64,000 nucleotides of DNA from Takakia lepidozioides (lineage: Eukaryota > Plantae > Bryophyta), in the NCBI GenBank assembly GCA_030704615.1, contig CM060731.1, positions 37,820,001 through 37,884,000 of the forward strand, in the 5' to 3' direction. The notes beneath the pieces are model-generated. The model had not been told where the DNA came from. It made no database searches and saw only the letters and a list, made by a program, of their open reading frames with translations. Below are positions 37,989 to 51,080 of the stretch, one piece after another. A program made the position numbers and the translations under genes. Positions within the stretch are counted from its first letter, which is position 1. Every line of letters starts with the position of its first letter.

Positions 37989-40900
37989 ATGGCGTCGTCT
38001 CTCAAGTCCGGTCCTGCACGCGCTCCCAAACGACCAAGCGCTTCTCGCCCTTCTCCGTAAGGCCTCAGCCGCTGTATATCACTGCTCCTTCCTGGATGTA
38101 GTAACCGAGCAATATGCAGATCAGGTGGCTGAGTGTATGAAGTTTGAGGTTGAAATTGGTTCCCCGTGATAAGATTCCATTGTGTCTCAATGACGTGTTT
38201 TCAGGAAACGAAGAAAGATGTCCGAAAACAGCGATGGTTCGTTCAGAAAGGACTTGGAGAAAGGAGCAGTTGCAGGATTAGGTGTTAAGCGCAGTCCCGA
38301 TGTCCGGGCACCCGAGAAGGTTCTCAAGAAGAAAAGAAGATTTGCAGCTGGCGAGAAGGATCCAGATGTCGAGGAGGCAATTCCTCCCAAAAAGCCTGTT
38401 GTTCTGGACCGCAAAGGCAGAAAGGTGGGCTCTAAATTCAGTATGAGAAGCAAACTGAAGTCCTATTTGGGCTGTTCGGTTTAGAGGTAGTATTGTTGCT
38501 GATTTGTGAGCCAATCTGTAGAGCTTGTATTCATTAGAAGGTGCTGAGGTGTAACTTTGCTTCCATTTGGCCAAATATAGGTAGCTGTTAGCGTAGGTAT
38601 GACCATTGAGCTTGAAAATGTTTGCACTGTCATCTTGAGGCTGTGCCAGGTCTTCGATTGGGCGTGGGTGTTTATGCGCATAGGACTGCACCCACTTTTG
38701 GCTTGTAGGGCTTGAGAGTTTGATTAGATTTGGCGGATTGGATGCTGCAGGAGTTGACAGAGATTCGGAAGAAGAAGCGCAAGCCCCACTATGACCTCGA
38801 GAAAGTAAGAGCAAAGACACACGGCAAACCATTTGCAAGACACAGGGTTTTGTTCTCTTCAGTGCCATCCCTATAACAGTCAACTTGCTCATGTGCCATG
38901 TCAGAACTTCCCTCATATAATTCATGGGGCTTTCTTTCACTTTTAGCATGAAAGACCAAGTGCCTTGCAGGTAAATTGTATCAGTGTGGCCAGTTGACAT
39001 TGGGCTTCTCTGCAGGCGAAAAAGTCTATGGGGCATTGCCTGCCAGGTGCTTGGTCCTTCAGACTGAATTGTCTGCAAGCCCTGCGCAGTGTTTGACGCA
39101 CATACTGTACGAACTCACAAAGTGAACAGCTCAATGGGTGCATTGGTGGTACTCAATTAAAGGAGAACCTTGTAGGTTGTGTGTGCGCGTTCCCACCATT
39201 ACAAAAGTGAGCCAGTTCATGTAAAAATTTAGGGAAGCTATCAGCCTAAACTTCGAAGTGGAACCAGGGGGATCCATTCTAGTCAATGGGTGAAAGATAC
39301 ACACAAGTATGCAGAGGCAGTTTTTTCTTATAATTAGGATGGGAGGTCTCAATTACATGGAAGTTGGCAAAGTCTTGGATACCAACTTTCACCTCTCTTC
39401 AACCCCGTCAGTGGAATGTAAGTATGTGGTTATAATTCTCAGGAAGTTGTGGCATTGTGGGAGAAATCGCGACAAAGAAACATTCCAAAGGAGGACCGTG
39501 CCAAGTAAGTTGCATCCACTCCATGTACTTTGGATGAGTGGCTTTTCAAAGAGGATTGGTCGTCCTGTTTTGGATAAAGGTTTGAAATGTCAACATTAGT
39601 TCTCAAAGATTTTCCCTTTGACTCTTTACAGCCTCCCTTTCTTGTATTCAAGCAATTTGTACAATTCTGCTACTATGCATCAGTAGTTTAGAACTCATGG
39701 TTGAGCTGTGAAGATTTGTTCTTTAACTTGATTGGAACATTGATTGTAGGTTGGTATCAGATATTTTGAATCAGATGAAGGGCAAGCTATCTGCAATGGC
39801 TGTCAATCATGTCACTACTCGGGTCTTGCAGGCAAGGGATTCGAAGGATAGTTAGCAACGTTATCTCTTCTGATTAGTCCACATTACCTACTTTGTTCAC
39901 TTGCATCTGGGCTTGCCTGTGGCTTGATATACGTTTGCCCCTGACATAATACTGACCGTGTAATGTCAATTGTGGCGACCAGACGTGTTTGAAATACTGT
40001 GGGCAAGATGAAAGGGATGTTGTCTTCTATGAGTTTCGGCCTCATTGCCTGATGCTGGCCATTAGTCCACATTACCTACTTTGTCCACTTGCATCTGGGA
40101 TTACCTGTGGCTTGATATACGTTTGCCCCTAACATAATGTTGACATTGTGTAATGTCAAATGTGGTGACCAGACATGTTTGAAATACTGTGGGCAAGATG
40201 AAAGAGATGCTGTCTTTGATGAGCTTCGTCCTCATTGCCTGATGCTGGCCATGCACAAATATGCTTATCATTTAGTGACCAAGATGATGGATCATGGTAA
40301 GGTTGTGCTTTCCAGTGCCCTTGTGTGGTGGCTTAGTTCCTCAGAAACCGAATTTTTGCCTGTTAGGAAGGGATACTTATGTTCTGAGTCTTGAGTTTGT
40401 GTCATTTTGAAGGAAACTGGGGGTTAAATGTCGAAGGGTGAAAGTCATCAAGTTCTGTGTGGTTCCTACCCTTTAGCCAGTTCATTCCGACCCCGTAACA
40501 AGACAACATACAAGGGCCATTTTCCTTTGACTTTCATGGATTCATTGGTAGAAATAGTGATAGGGAACTTCAGTCATGGTTTGCTAAGCAAGGGAGGGCT
40601 TGGTTTCAGAAGACAGGTGACACTCCACTAGTGTGTGGGATCTTCTTAATATAAGTAGCTTGATCACCCTTTAGCTGATGTCCTGATGCACAGAGGTCCT
40701 ACACTAGCTACTAAAACTACCAATCAAAGTAAGCACCTCATCCATCACTGTCACCTACATGTACATATTGTTGTTTACTCTTAGAAATGTGTGGACTTGT
40801 ATACTGGTGATTCCCCTAGGTCTGCAGCCCTTGATGCATGTAGATTTCTGGCAAAAAAGTCTGCGACTGCAGAGGGTGGTGGAAATGCAGTCACTGAGCC

Positions 40901-43900
40901 TGTCTCCAGGAAATCTCTCTCAAGGCCTTTTGGCCCTGCAAGCTAGATACAATCAGCCAGTTGCTCATGTAAATATCAACACCCAATTTTCTCTGTGATG
41001 TGCTGAAGTGGTATGGTGTATGGAGCCAGCAAACAAGGCTCAACTCCAGCAAATGCTTGGAATTCTTCACGGCAATGTTGTGGCTCTTCTTCGTCATCCG
41101 AGTGGCTCACCTGGTATGCTACTTGAAACCTTGGTCTTGGCAGGGGCCCTTCTTCATGATATCTATCTGGTACAAGTGCTGAGAATCTACTTTTTATCGC
41201 CAATGTGTATCCATAGGTATATTGTGGGGTTGTTTGTCTGGGCCAGCTTGGATTAATACTAGGTAATGTTTTGTTTGAGGTATGAGGTGGACTTCCTTCT
41301 GTACTTGTTCTTGAAGATATCTGTCGTGGCTTATCACACTATTTGGAGACTCTAGGAGCAAATATTGTAATGGTGTTGTCCGATGCGTGCGTTGTAATTT
41401 TGTTGAATGCTTTAGGGCCTCTGCAACAGGATTGATGGGAAATGTCCTATATTATATGTTGCAGTAGTGGAGCATGCGTACACACTTTCTAATGGAATGC
41501 AGAAGCAGGAGCTGCTGTCAGAATTTTACTCGCCAGAGTTTCGGCTCTTCAAAGGCATGGTCACTTCTGGACAGGGCAGGTAAGACGTTGCCACTCGTAA
41601 GCCTGTTGCTTCAATTGTGTTGTACACAGTAAGGTTTGATTTATGATTGACTTCTAGTCTTAATTTGTGGGCTTACAGATTAAGAGATCTGTTGGCAGCA
41701 GAGTCTGCATCCAAACGGAGGGCGGTGCTTGAGCATATGACATTGTCTCTGCAACCCATTTTGGAAAAGGGCATAGTAGATCACTCCATCATTCACCGCG
41801 CACTTGTGGAGTATCTGAGTGTGTCCAAGACGGTATACTCTCTTACTCCTGTCTTCAGTATAGAGTTTTAAATGGCAGCGATTTGTAACCTCTTACTGGC
41901 AATAGTGCAATGGTTTAAGAGTCAACTTCCATTTACCATGCTGGTGTTGGCGAGGTTGCAGAGCATGATACAAGAGGTTGTGCAGCAACTTTCAGGTGCA
42001 CTTCTGGTTCGGATGCTCCATACACGTGATGGTGGGAAGATTGGTGTGACCTGTGTCATGCATGGAAGTAATAAGGTAACTTTGTCTTGTCTAACATACT
42101 GCTGTGCCAACATCCTCAACATGCAGAATAATCATCCAGCGGCAGCTCTCCACAACCTTGCTCATTGTGCAGTCTAACCTTATAGCTACAGGATAAGCTT
42201 TTTAACAGAAGTAGGGTAGTGGTTCCACCCCCCCAATGAAGTTGACTCTCAGAAAGTCTGTCTGAGATACTTGACATGCTCATGGGGGTTGCCAACAAGG
42301 TTGACAACGGGGCTTTCCACTTGGGAGCTGCTGGGCTCTTTTTGGAATTTGTGTCAGGTTCTTCTGTATCATCTTAACACTGTATGTGAAGCTGATAGAG
42401 GCTCCAGTAATTGTCACAATTTGGTAATTGCAGGACACCTTCACTGTTTTGGCAAGGGCATCACATCAGAATAAGAAAGTCTGTTAGGCCAAGAAGATTT
42501 GACAACAAGGCAACTTCAAGAATCGTGCTGTGCACAGGAATGGGATGACACTTCATAGTTGGCTGTCTCCTTGATTTGGTCTTACTTGTGAGTTTGGTTG
42601 TACTACCTCTTTGGCTTAGCCTCAGTTTCAAATCAGTGACATAGGTAGGCTCCAATCAACTGGTTAGAGAAACCTTGAGTGGAGTGTTAAGTGTTGCAGT
42701 CGTTTGGGCTGGGGGGTTTTGTGTGGGCTGGGCATGCAGGAAAGGAAAAAACTTGTGAAAGGAATGAAAGGGCATGTGGCCAAAATCGCTTGTGATGAAT
42801 TTGGAAGTGTGGTACATCTCTTCCACTTTCTGCTTTTGTGGGGATCCAAAATGTGGTTATGCCAGGCATAACATCTCTTCTTCTGTCTTTGTCACTCCTG
42901 TGGGATGTGTTCCATAGCAGCCTTCACTGTCTGTAGCATGGATGGGCTCACATGACACTCTTGCTTGATACCGTAGGCCTTGATATTCTGTCAAATCAAC
43001 ATGTTGTGGTAAGGCATTCATGTGGGTGGTGCAGGTTCTGTTAAGTATTCTGGATGTAATTGATGATACCAAGCTCGTTACCAAGGTTTGGTTCCATCCA
43101 GCAAGACCTCCGTTCCTACTCTGCATCGTCATGAATGCAATATTTTGTAATCTAAAACAAATTCTCTGCCATGTTTTCTCTTGAATGTACTCAGGGATAT
43201 ACATGGCCCAGATATAGCTCATAAATGCTTGATTCCTATGGGTAACAGTGACTAAACTCAATCTGACCAGGCAGGTGCTCCTTTCATCTTGGGAAAAAAT
43301 TTGAAAGAATGCCCTTGCTGGAAAATGTTGCAGTATCCATTTTGGTATTTTGTACACTAAGGTTTTTAAAGAAGTTTACCCCCTTGCCATCTCATTTCAT
43401 GATTTTTGGCTTTGAAGTTTTGTGTAAGGGGGCGCGTCCACATTGACCACGGATGAGAACTCTTGGGGGTGAAATCTCCCCATTGGCAATGGGTCATGAA
43501 GTCTCCTGGCCACCTGAGATTGTGACCCTGCCTTGGGGGGCCGTCACAGTCTCACATGGCCCTATTTTCTTTAAGCATGATGTCCATTACTTTTATGAGA
43601 TCAACGGATAGTGCCAGTCAAGCTAAGTGGGAGATCGTGCGCTCTGCTTTTCCTGAGCGGGTGTCACTGGCTGGTTTTCGTTCATGTTAGTTTGGTGCGA
43701 ATGGAGACAATCCACACTTTATTCAAGTGACCCAGGATACGTATTGGGTTGCCCAATATAGGGTTTAAATATCTCTGAGGAGTGGCTCCAAAAAGTGGAT
43801 GTTGGCTTTGCAGATTATAATCAAAGAGGTGATGAAAGAACTGAAGGAGCTTGCTTTGCACAAGGTATGCACTCTGCTATGTCTTTTTTTTATGAAAATG

Positions 43901-46466
43901 AATATTTGAATTTTTGGTGTTTGTTTATCAGGTATGGATGATGATTGGAGAGCTGGTTATCGGATCTGAAGTTTTTGGCTTTTTATGTTATCACTCAATT
44001 AGGCAATCATATGGTTATGTTTAGAGATATGCTGTAGCCGATCAAGTATTTTCTGATTGAGCAGATCAATGAACAAATTTTCTACAAGAATCCTTGGCTC
44101 TCAAGGATTGTTACCACAAGTTGGTCCACTAATGTTGCACTTCTCATTGGACTTTGTGAGGTATACCTCACCTTCTAAGGATCGTGTTGTACTTAAGTAA
44201 AGTCTGGACTCGCCTGTTGCTAACCAAATTTTGGAGGTGCATGTGGCAGTATGGACGGCGGGTATTATTGCATCTTCTGGCCCCCCAAGTTACTCGCTAC
44301 TTCCCACCAGTTGTGTTGAGTGCCTTGGAAACCCCGGTGCTTGCTAACACCAATCGTGAGCGAACTTCTGTCTACTTCCATTCAGTCTGAATTAGTTGTC
44401 TAGGGTTTTGAAGCCTGTTATGTTATCAGTCATGGTAAAAACTCCCTGCTATGCTTTTGCTTATGGTTGAAATTGTTCAAGGCAGAAAGTCTCTATTGGA
44501 TGCGATGGACTGTGATCTTTCATGTATGTATCTCTTTTACCTCTTAGAGTAAGACTTCAGTGTTCACATTTGACCATGTCTCCATACCACCCAGGAGAAG
44601 AGGAGGGATCAGGGCATGGATTGGAAAACAATGGGGATGAGGTCAAGGGAGTTGGAGCTGCACGTATTAGCAAGAAAGATTCTTCATTGCGGAGAACTGA
44701 ATTACTACGAAATAGCGGACTCGCAAAGGTACTACCTGCCTCACCTTTTTGAGCTTCTTGTTATTGTCAAGTCTTCTCCTGTGATTCCTGGTAGTCATCC
44801 TATTGTTCTGTAACTGCCAGTGATGTGAGAGATACGGCCCTTGCAACTGCTGGCTATGAGTTACAACTCATAGTCCCACAACATATTTGGTTATCAGGTT
44901 TCAGCTGACTAGGATACATGACACCATCCCGAAATTGCCAAATCGCTTGCCAGTCGATCTAGTATCGGATGTATGAGCAGGTATTGACATAGTGACATGA
45001 AATCCAGCATTGCTGCTGTACCCACCAATTTGTGTTATCTAGAGGGGCAGAGTCAGTGGGATGCAGAAAATAACGTCTTTTGTCTAATATAGGCTGGGAT
45101 CTTGTTTCTCAAGAATATGACATGAGAACTTGTTTGTTGGCACTTGTGACGCTGTAACCCTTGGGCTCTTTAGGATCCAGGAGGGTAGGGAGGCTGACCT
45201 CTTTGTGTAGCTGATATAGATACTGGGTTTGGTTTTGAGGCCTTGCAAAGCTGATGTAACTCAATTTGTTGCTCTGTCTATCTGAAGCATGTCGTGTCTG
45301 TGATCTTTGAGTAGGAGTTAGCGGACATATGTACGGAGCATGCTAAAGAGCTGCTGGAGTCACCATGGGGCAAGGATTTAATATATGAGGTAAGTCCCTT
45401 CTCTCCCTTTGTGAACAAATTGTGGGCGCAACATCTGGTATATATATTATAGTTCTATTAGAGAAAGGTGTTGCATGTCCCAGCAGTTCATTCAATATGA
45501 TTATGGGCCTCAATTTTTATAAGTGAAAGCCTGAGCGCAGGTAGCTATGGGGGGGCCCAATGGTGAGATATGGCAAGCAGCACCAAGTGGGGTGACCTCA
45601 GTTCACAAAGCCATAGCTGACCTGGCAGCATTGCCATCGGGCAGCAATGAATCTGGTGTGGAATCAGAGGAACATGTTCTAGAGCATTATCATGCTAGCC
45701 GGACTATTCGAAGACTGATCTTGGATGCCAAGCCGCCACCAACAGGAATTGAAGGAGAGTCTTTTTCGTCAATTTTATGGTCAGAAGCTCTCAAAGGAAA
45801 GTGCAAGGGTTGGTCTCAGGGCCACAGGTATGTCTAAACAATCCCCATCCTCTTCTCTGTATTCTGGTTACTTAAAGAGGTATGATAAGTTCCATGACAT
45901 GCATTCCTGAGGAAAGCAAAATCTGCAATTTGGAAGTCAATGCTCCATAAACTAGTTTTACCTCCAACAGATGAATTCTACCTGGTGACTCAGCTTCAAG
46001 TGGGAAATCAAGAATCCTTAGCTGATAGGGAGTGCCAAGGAAGAGGTGAAACTCCTTCAATTTGGGTCATGAATGTGCTTGCATTAGCGTCGTTGTGCAT
46101 GGCCCATTGTAACTGTGCCAGGACTAGTGGTAGTCAAGGCATCACAGTCTACCGAAGTCACCCTCATATGTAAGGCGTTACTGGAGAGTTAAGTCTTGGT
46201 CACTACTGCACTCTTCATGAATAGGAGTGATTATATGTTACACGCAACTATTTGAACTGTCTACATTGTAAAGAGAGTGAAATACATGCTACAGAGTTAT
46301 GGCCAGAAAGCATCTGAGTTCTGAAATGCATTGCCACTCTGGGTGCAGTGCGAAGGTTGTTTCAGCACTGAGGGACTCTGCAGACCCAATTACAAAAAAG
46401 GCAGCAGTAGCTGAGCTACAGGTCTTGATAGATTCAGGTGTTCTTCAAGTTGAAAGAAAAGTTTGA
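37989..46466 (+). CDS. APUM24: Pumilio/PUF-A-type nucleolar RNA-binding protein (APUM24/PUF6/PUM3 family), 18 exons
   Basis: Exons 37989-38056, 38205-38424, 38751-38804, 39443-39504, 39750-39831, 40173-40296, 41030-41113, 41465-41579, 41679-41832, 41962-42075, 42740-42811, 43035-43085, 43814-43864, 44250-44355, 44595-44728, 45315-45389, 45541-45827 and 46349-46466 splice in frame. Motifs: LWEKSR, HVTTRVLQTCLKYC, LLRHPSGSPVVEHAY, LQPILEKGIVDHSIIHR, LVRMLHTRDG, ERKKLVKGMKGHV, IDDTKLV, HYHASRTIRRLI. Confidence 0.93.
39873..40250 (+). repeat. Tandem duplication (about 188-190 bp) of the intron end, acceptor and first 78 nt of APUM24 exon 6
   Basis: Copy 1 is 39873-40060 and copy 2 is 40061-40250. 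Both contain gaccAG|ac.tgtttgaaatactgtgggcaagatgaaag...cctcattgcctgatgctggcc. Confidence 0.93.
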
Positions 46467-46699
46467 GTTTGTTTTCTCTTTTTCGGTAATAAAATGGAGA
46501 CTATGTTGTATCCAGCTTATGGGAAGACCTATATCCCCTGTATTCTTGTTCTCCCCCTTCCCCATCCACACAAAATGCCCCCCCAAGGCACATGTTAGAA
46601 ATGTTGCAGATTTTTATTTTTATTGTTAAATGTAATTAAAAAGCTTTTTTAAAGAGAGACTTAAAGATTCAAACCCCAAAATCCATGAGGCTGTTACAC

Positions 46700-49600
46700 A
46701 CTGAAAGACAATGCCAGGTGCAGGTGTCGAGCCCATTTGCAAGTGGGGTGAGTGCATTGCAAATGAGATTTTTGCATATCCATGAAGACTTGAATCTCTA
46801 GTAGTTGTCCTGTGTCCGGATTTTTGGAATAAACTGCAGACAACAGGGCCCATGCTTTCTTAGCTTCCACGAGCCAATCAAGTGAAGAAAGTATTCACTG
46901 AAAGTGTTTGTTTACTGAAAGTCCAGTTGCATCTGGCTGGCCAAATGTTCCACATTATGGAAGCTCCAAGAGAGTCATAGACTGGGCAGAGGGAAGCAGA
47001 GGCCTTGAGAGTAGTTCAGAAGAACAAATTGTACTCATAAGACGTTGTTTGCCGTAGCCTTGTGGCCATTGACCCCGCGCCCAGTTTGAGCGGGAACAGA
47101 AGGGACAGAACCTACCTCTGTCAGGGGCTGACGTTGAGAGTAAGACTTACCTCCATATATAGAATTAATCCGGGTTTTCCAGATATCCTCTAGAAATCCC
47201 TTCACACAAGCATCAATCTGCTGTGTGTGATTTGCCCAAAAACTAGGCCTCAGGAGGGCCTGGGCTTTTGGCTCAGCCTCGAGACTTTCAAAGTTGGTAA
47301 ACAGGGGTACAGGCACAATTCCCTTAATAGATTTGAAGAGAGCGTCTCTTTGGTGAGAGAACCCCGGACAGTGTATCAGAAAATGAATATTGTCTTCAGA
47401 TTGCCCACACAACGGGCAATTGCACTCTCCCTTTCCTCTCTGCTTCTGTTTGCTGTTCAAAGGTAGGCTTCCTGCCCTGAGTTTAAATTTCAGTCTAGTG
47501 CCGAGAGTGGGTAGACCCTTGAGGTCATCCAAGATGTCCTCCCCCATGTCACAGACTGGAAACAAGTTCAGGGAAGTTTTCTGCCTAACTTCATTTTCAT
47601 CATACAATCTCATGGCAACAGACCTGGCTGAGGACACTACAGCCTCTAAGTCAGATTTATCCAGCAGGGTCAAGACTTGCGGATCCAGGTCCAGGTCCTT
47701 GAGGATTTCTTCTACTCTCTTCTGCCAGGACTTAGCCTGTTTGATAGGGCGGTCCTGTTTCCAAGATATAGAGTCGATTAACTTAGGATATCTGGTGTTG
47801 GGCATATGTTGCAGCTGACCCCACCATCTGACCTTGAATTCATCTCGTCGGGAGCTTAAGGATGGAATGCCAAACTCACCCCGAACAGCCACATTGGCTG
47901 TTTTGGAGCATGCTGACATACACTCCTTAAGCACCCCCACTTGAATGGATTCTAGAGACTTAGCCTGGTTGGAGTTATCAACCCATATAGCAGATCCGTA
48001 CTCCAAGGCAGGTCTAATAACGCGACAAAGCATGGCTTTCTTAACCTCAGAGTTGACCCCTCTGCAGTGGAAAAATTTAGTGAGCCCCAGAGCTTTGCCC
48101 TTGCCAGTTTGAACAACTTTCCGGATATGTGCATCCCAATTACAATTGGAGGAGAACTCAACGCCCAGGTAAGTGTAGGAAGGGAGGACCGGGATCTCTT
48201 GGCTACCCCACTGCCACTTAAGATCACTTCCTCCCTCTCCTCTGTCGTTGAATGCTACCACTGCACATTTGCTGACATTAGCCTCTAGCCCCCAAAGATC
48301 AAAGTATCTCTTCGCGCAATCAATCAACTCCTGGAGATTGGTTGGAGTCTCCCCTATGCCTGCGAAGTCATCCGCAAACATAAGGGCTGGTATGGTGGTA
48401 TCACCCACCCTTAACCCAAATCCCTCACTTTCCACATCCTCGAGGAGTTGATTGATGAAAACATTGAAGAGCAGAGGGGAGAGAGTACATCCTTGAGCTA
48501 CACCTTGGTCTATGTCAAAGAAGTTGGACTTCTGTCCATTAACAGTGACACAGCTTTTGGTGTGAGCATACAAGTTGTGGACAACTCTCCACATCTTTCC
48601 CTTGATCCCACAAGACCAGAGGCGGAACCATAGGCCATCTCTCCACACTGTGTCGTAAGCCTTTTTGACATCCAGGAAAAAGACATAAGTGGGTTTCCCT
48701 TCTTTTTTCCTTCCCTGGATAATCTGGCTTAGAGTGAAGATATGATCCACACAGCCCCTGTTTCGCCGAAAGCCAGCTTGGCCTTCGTGGAAACAACCTC
48801 TAGACTCCAGATCAACCTCGAGACGAGTACTTATAACTCTGCAGAATGTCTTGCCAACAGCATTGAGGAGCGTGATGCCACGGTAGTTCCCCGGTTCGTC
48901 TCTGTCACCCTTCTTGTATAGATTGACAATGACCCCCTGTCGCCAGCGAAAGGGGATCATTGCAGTATTCCAGATAAGGTTAAAGAGGAGAACTAGGGCC
49001 TCTATCATGGGATCGCCACCGTGCTTGACAAGCTCGTTGACAATACCATCAGGTCCACCAGCTTTATATCCATTTAAATGTTCAATTGCTTCCACAATCT
49101 CAGAAGAACTAATGGGAGCATTATAAGCCATTGAACTATACTCCAGTTCATCAGGGCTGTTTTGAATCATAGGAACAGTTTTTCCAACTGTGTCCCTCCA
49201 TTCAGCAGAAGACCCCTCACTGTTAGACCTAGAAGTTCTGCCAAGGATACTGTAGTGAGTTTTGACAATGTCAACCGATGAAGTCACCACTGCACCTTTA
49301 GTAGTCTTCAGCGCTTGTACTTGCTGACCGTTTTTCGGCTTGTACAAACGTTGAAGGGCCAACCAGAATTTCTTGTCATTACCACCATGGTGGTTTGAGT
49401 TTATTTCACTGTATAACTTGTCCCAGTATAATTTCTTCTGAGACCTAACAAGCTGATTAATATCTTTACGGAGCTGGTAGTACCTCGCCCACAATTCTCT
49501 GTTGGTTTCCAAATTGCAGCACACTTTATAGAGGGCTCGTCTCTCAGCTATCTTGAGTTTAATCTCATTAGTCCACCAATTAACTGCTCTACCGCAGACA

Positions 49601-50330
49601 ATTAGTTTCCTCCAAATGATCTTGTCAGCCACGGAGGAAACGAAACTCTCCCAAGAGTCCACTGCTCTTCAGAAGAACAGAGATAGAAGCAAAGTCACGT
49701 CCTGCATCCCAGTGATGGTAAACAGAGAGTTCCAAAGGCCAGATCATGGATGCCCTTGTACAAAACAAGAGGCAATGTTCCAATGATTCAATACTGCCTG
49801 AAGCGTAAGTTTTGCAGAGGAGTGCTTCAGGGAATGAGAGCCACTCGCCGGTCGGCAGGGTCCTGTTGGCGACTTGCCAAAGAAAAGATGAAGATCTGGC
49901 TGATCGAGATCTAATCCAGATTGAGGTCCAGCTATATTGCCAATCTTCAGCTTCAAAATTGTGGATGCTCCATTTAATATCCCACTTGTATTGAAAAATC
50001 GGACGTGACAGGAGTTCTCTATAAATCTTTTGTAGGTGACACGGCAAAGAAAGATTCTGCCTTGTTTAGAAAGAGCCATTCCCACCCTGGGTCTAATTGC
50101 AGATCCACACAAAATGACTAGAACAAAGTCAGTGAGGAATTTGATCTTCCAAGGGTGCTGTATGGTTGAAGTCTTTTGATCGGCTGGACCAACAACTGAC
50201 TCTTATGTAAGAAGAGTGTTGGAGTGGAATGGTAGTGGGGGCCGGTCTTTGCAGAGACAACATGAAAGTTAGTGGGCAGACTGAGAATGAGTGACCAGTG
50301 AGTGCGGTCTCTTGCATTTGGGTGACAAGA
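46700..50330 (-). mobile_element. Old L1-type LINE 3' remnant (zf-RVT region), split by a younger LINE insertion
   Basis: W.SIW...SSFLWQVANRTLPTGEW...C..ESLEHCLLFC...IW lies at about 49740-50050, and IMWNIWPARCNWTF resumes at about 46920-46960 on the other side of the nested insertion. Outer boundaries are approximate. Confidence 0.7.
47027..49667 (-). mobile_element. Young 5'-truncated non-LTR retrotransposon (RTE/CR1-like RT plus C-terminal CCHC finger) with a 12-bp TSD
   Basis: Uninterrupted 875-codon frame at 47035-49662: KAGGPDGI, GNYRGITLL, QAGFR, FLDVKKAYD, GVAQGCTLSPLLFNVFI, FADD, YTYLG, CPLC...HFLIHC. There is no endonuclease (truncated). TTCAGAAGAACA flanks both ends (47015-47026 and 49668-49679). 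Confidence 0.93.
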
Positions 50331-50717
50331 ATCCTTAACTACCTAGTGCTATGCTGCAGTGGAGTAGGGCTATCTCTGTGTTTTGGTTTTTAAATCTGCC
50401 TCTTGCCCAGCTTCAGTGGGATCCAGGTGATTGGGTTTGGTGTACACAAGACTCTACCAAGCCCTTCTTTGCCTAAAGTGACTTCTGGAAGACGCCAGAT
50501 TAATGCAACGGGTAGAGCAAATTCTAGCATTTTGCTCACCTGGTGGATGCTATCCAAGATTAGATGGTGTAATTGACATGATTCTGCTAAATAATTGAAT
50601 ACTGGAAACATTATTATGGGAATGTGGAAAGGGAGGGATTCGAATGCCTTTCATTGGTGATTGAGAACCTGGAGAGAGTGAGATAGCGATTGATATGTCG
50701 GTTGGAGAAGATGAAGT

Positions 50718-51080
50718 AAAGAGAGAATGGAAACACTACCTTGAATCCCTCAGTCAGGATCATGGCCTCACTGCTACAATGGAACACTTTGGCTGCATGG
50801 TAGACCTCCTTGGTCGTGCAGGGCAAGGATGAAGCAGAGGACTTATGACAAAAATCAAATCATACGTGGTGTGGAGAGTCTTGCTTGGTGCATGCAGCAT
50901 TCATGGCAATGTGAATGTGCTGCAAAATCTATCCTCAAATTGGATCGACAAGACGCTGGTAACTTAATGTGTTGCTAACATGCAGCTGGCAGGTGCGATG
51001 ATCCTGCAAAGATGAGAAGGATGATGAAGGTCAGAGAATTGGAGGAAATCCATGCCGAGCTGAGAAGATTGTCACAGGAG
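50718..51080 (+). pseudogene. Decayed PLS-class PPR (E/E+ region, RNA-editing factor type) fragment
   Basis: Frameshifted pieces: SLSQDHGLTATMEHFGCMVDLLGRAG, DEAED, VVWRVLLGACSIHGNV, ILKLDRQDAG, AGRCDD..KMRRMMK and EEIHAELRRL. Confidence 0.85.

Noticed and set aside
38278-39078. 266-aa minus-strand ORF
   Set aside because: It is antisense to APUM24 exons 2-3 and their introns with no motif; a shadow ORF.
43935-44060. Possible intronic C/D-box snoRNA in APUM24 (ATGATGA ... CTGA ... CTGA)
   Set aside because: The boxes are short, I see no terminal stem, and I could not verify a convincing rRNA-complementary guide. A snoscan run or small-RNA data would be needed.
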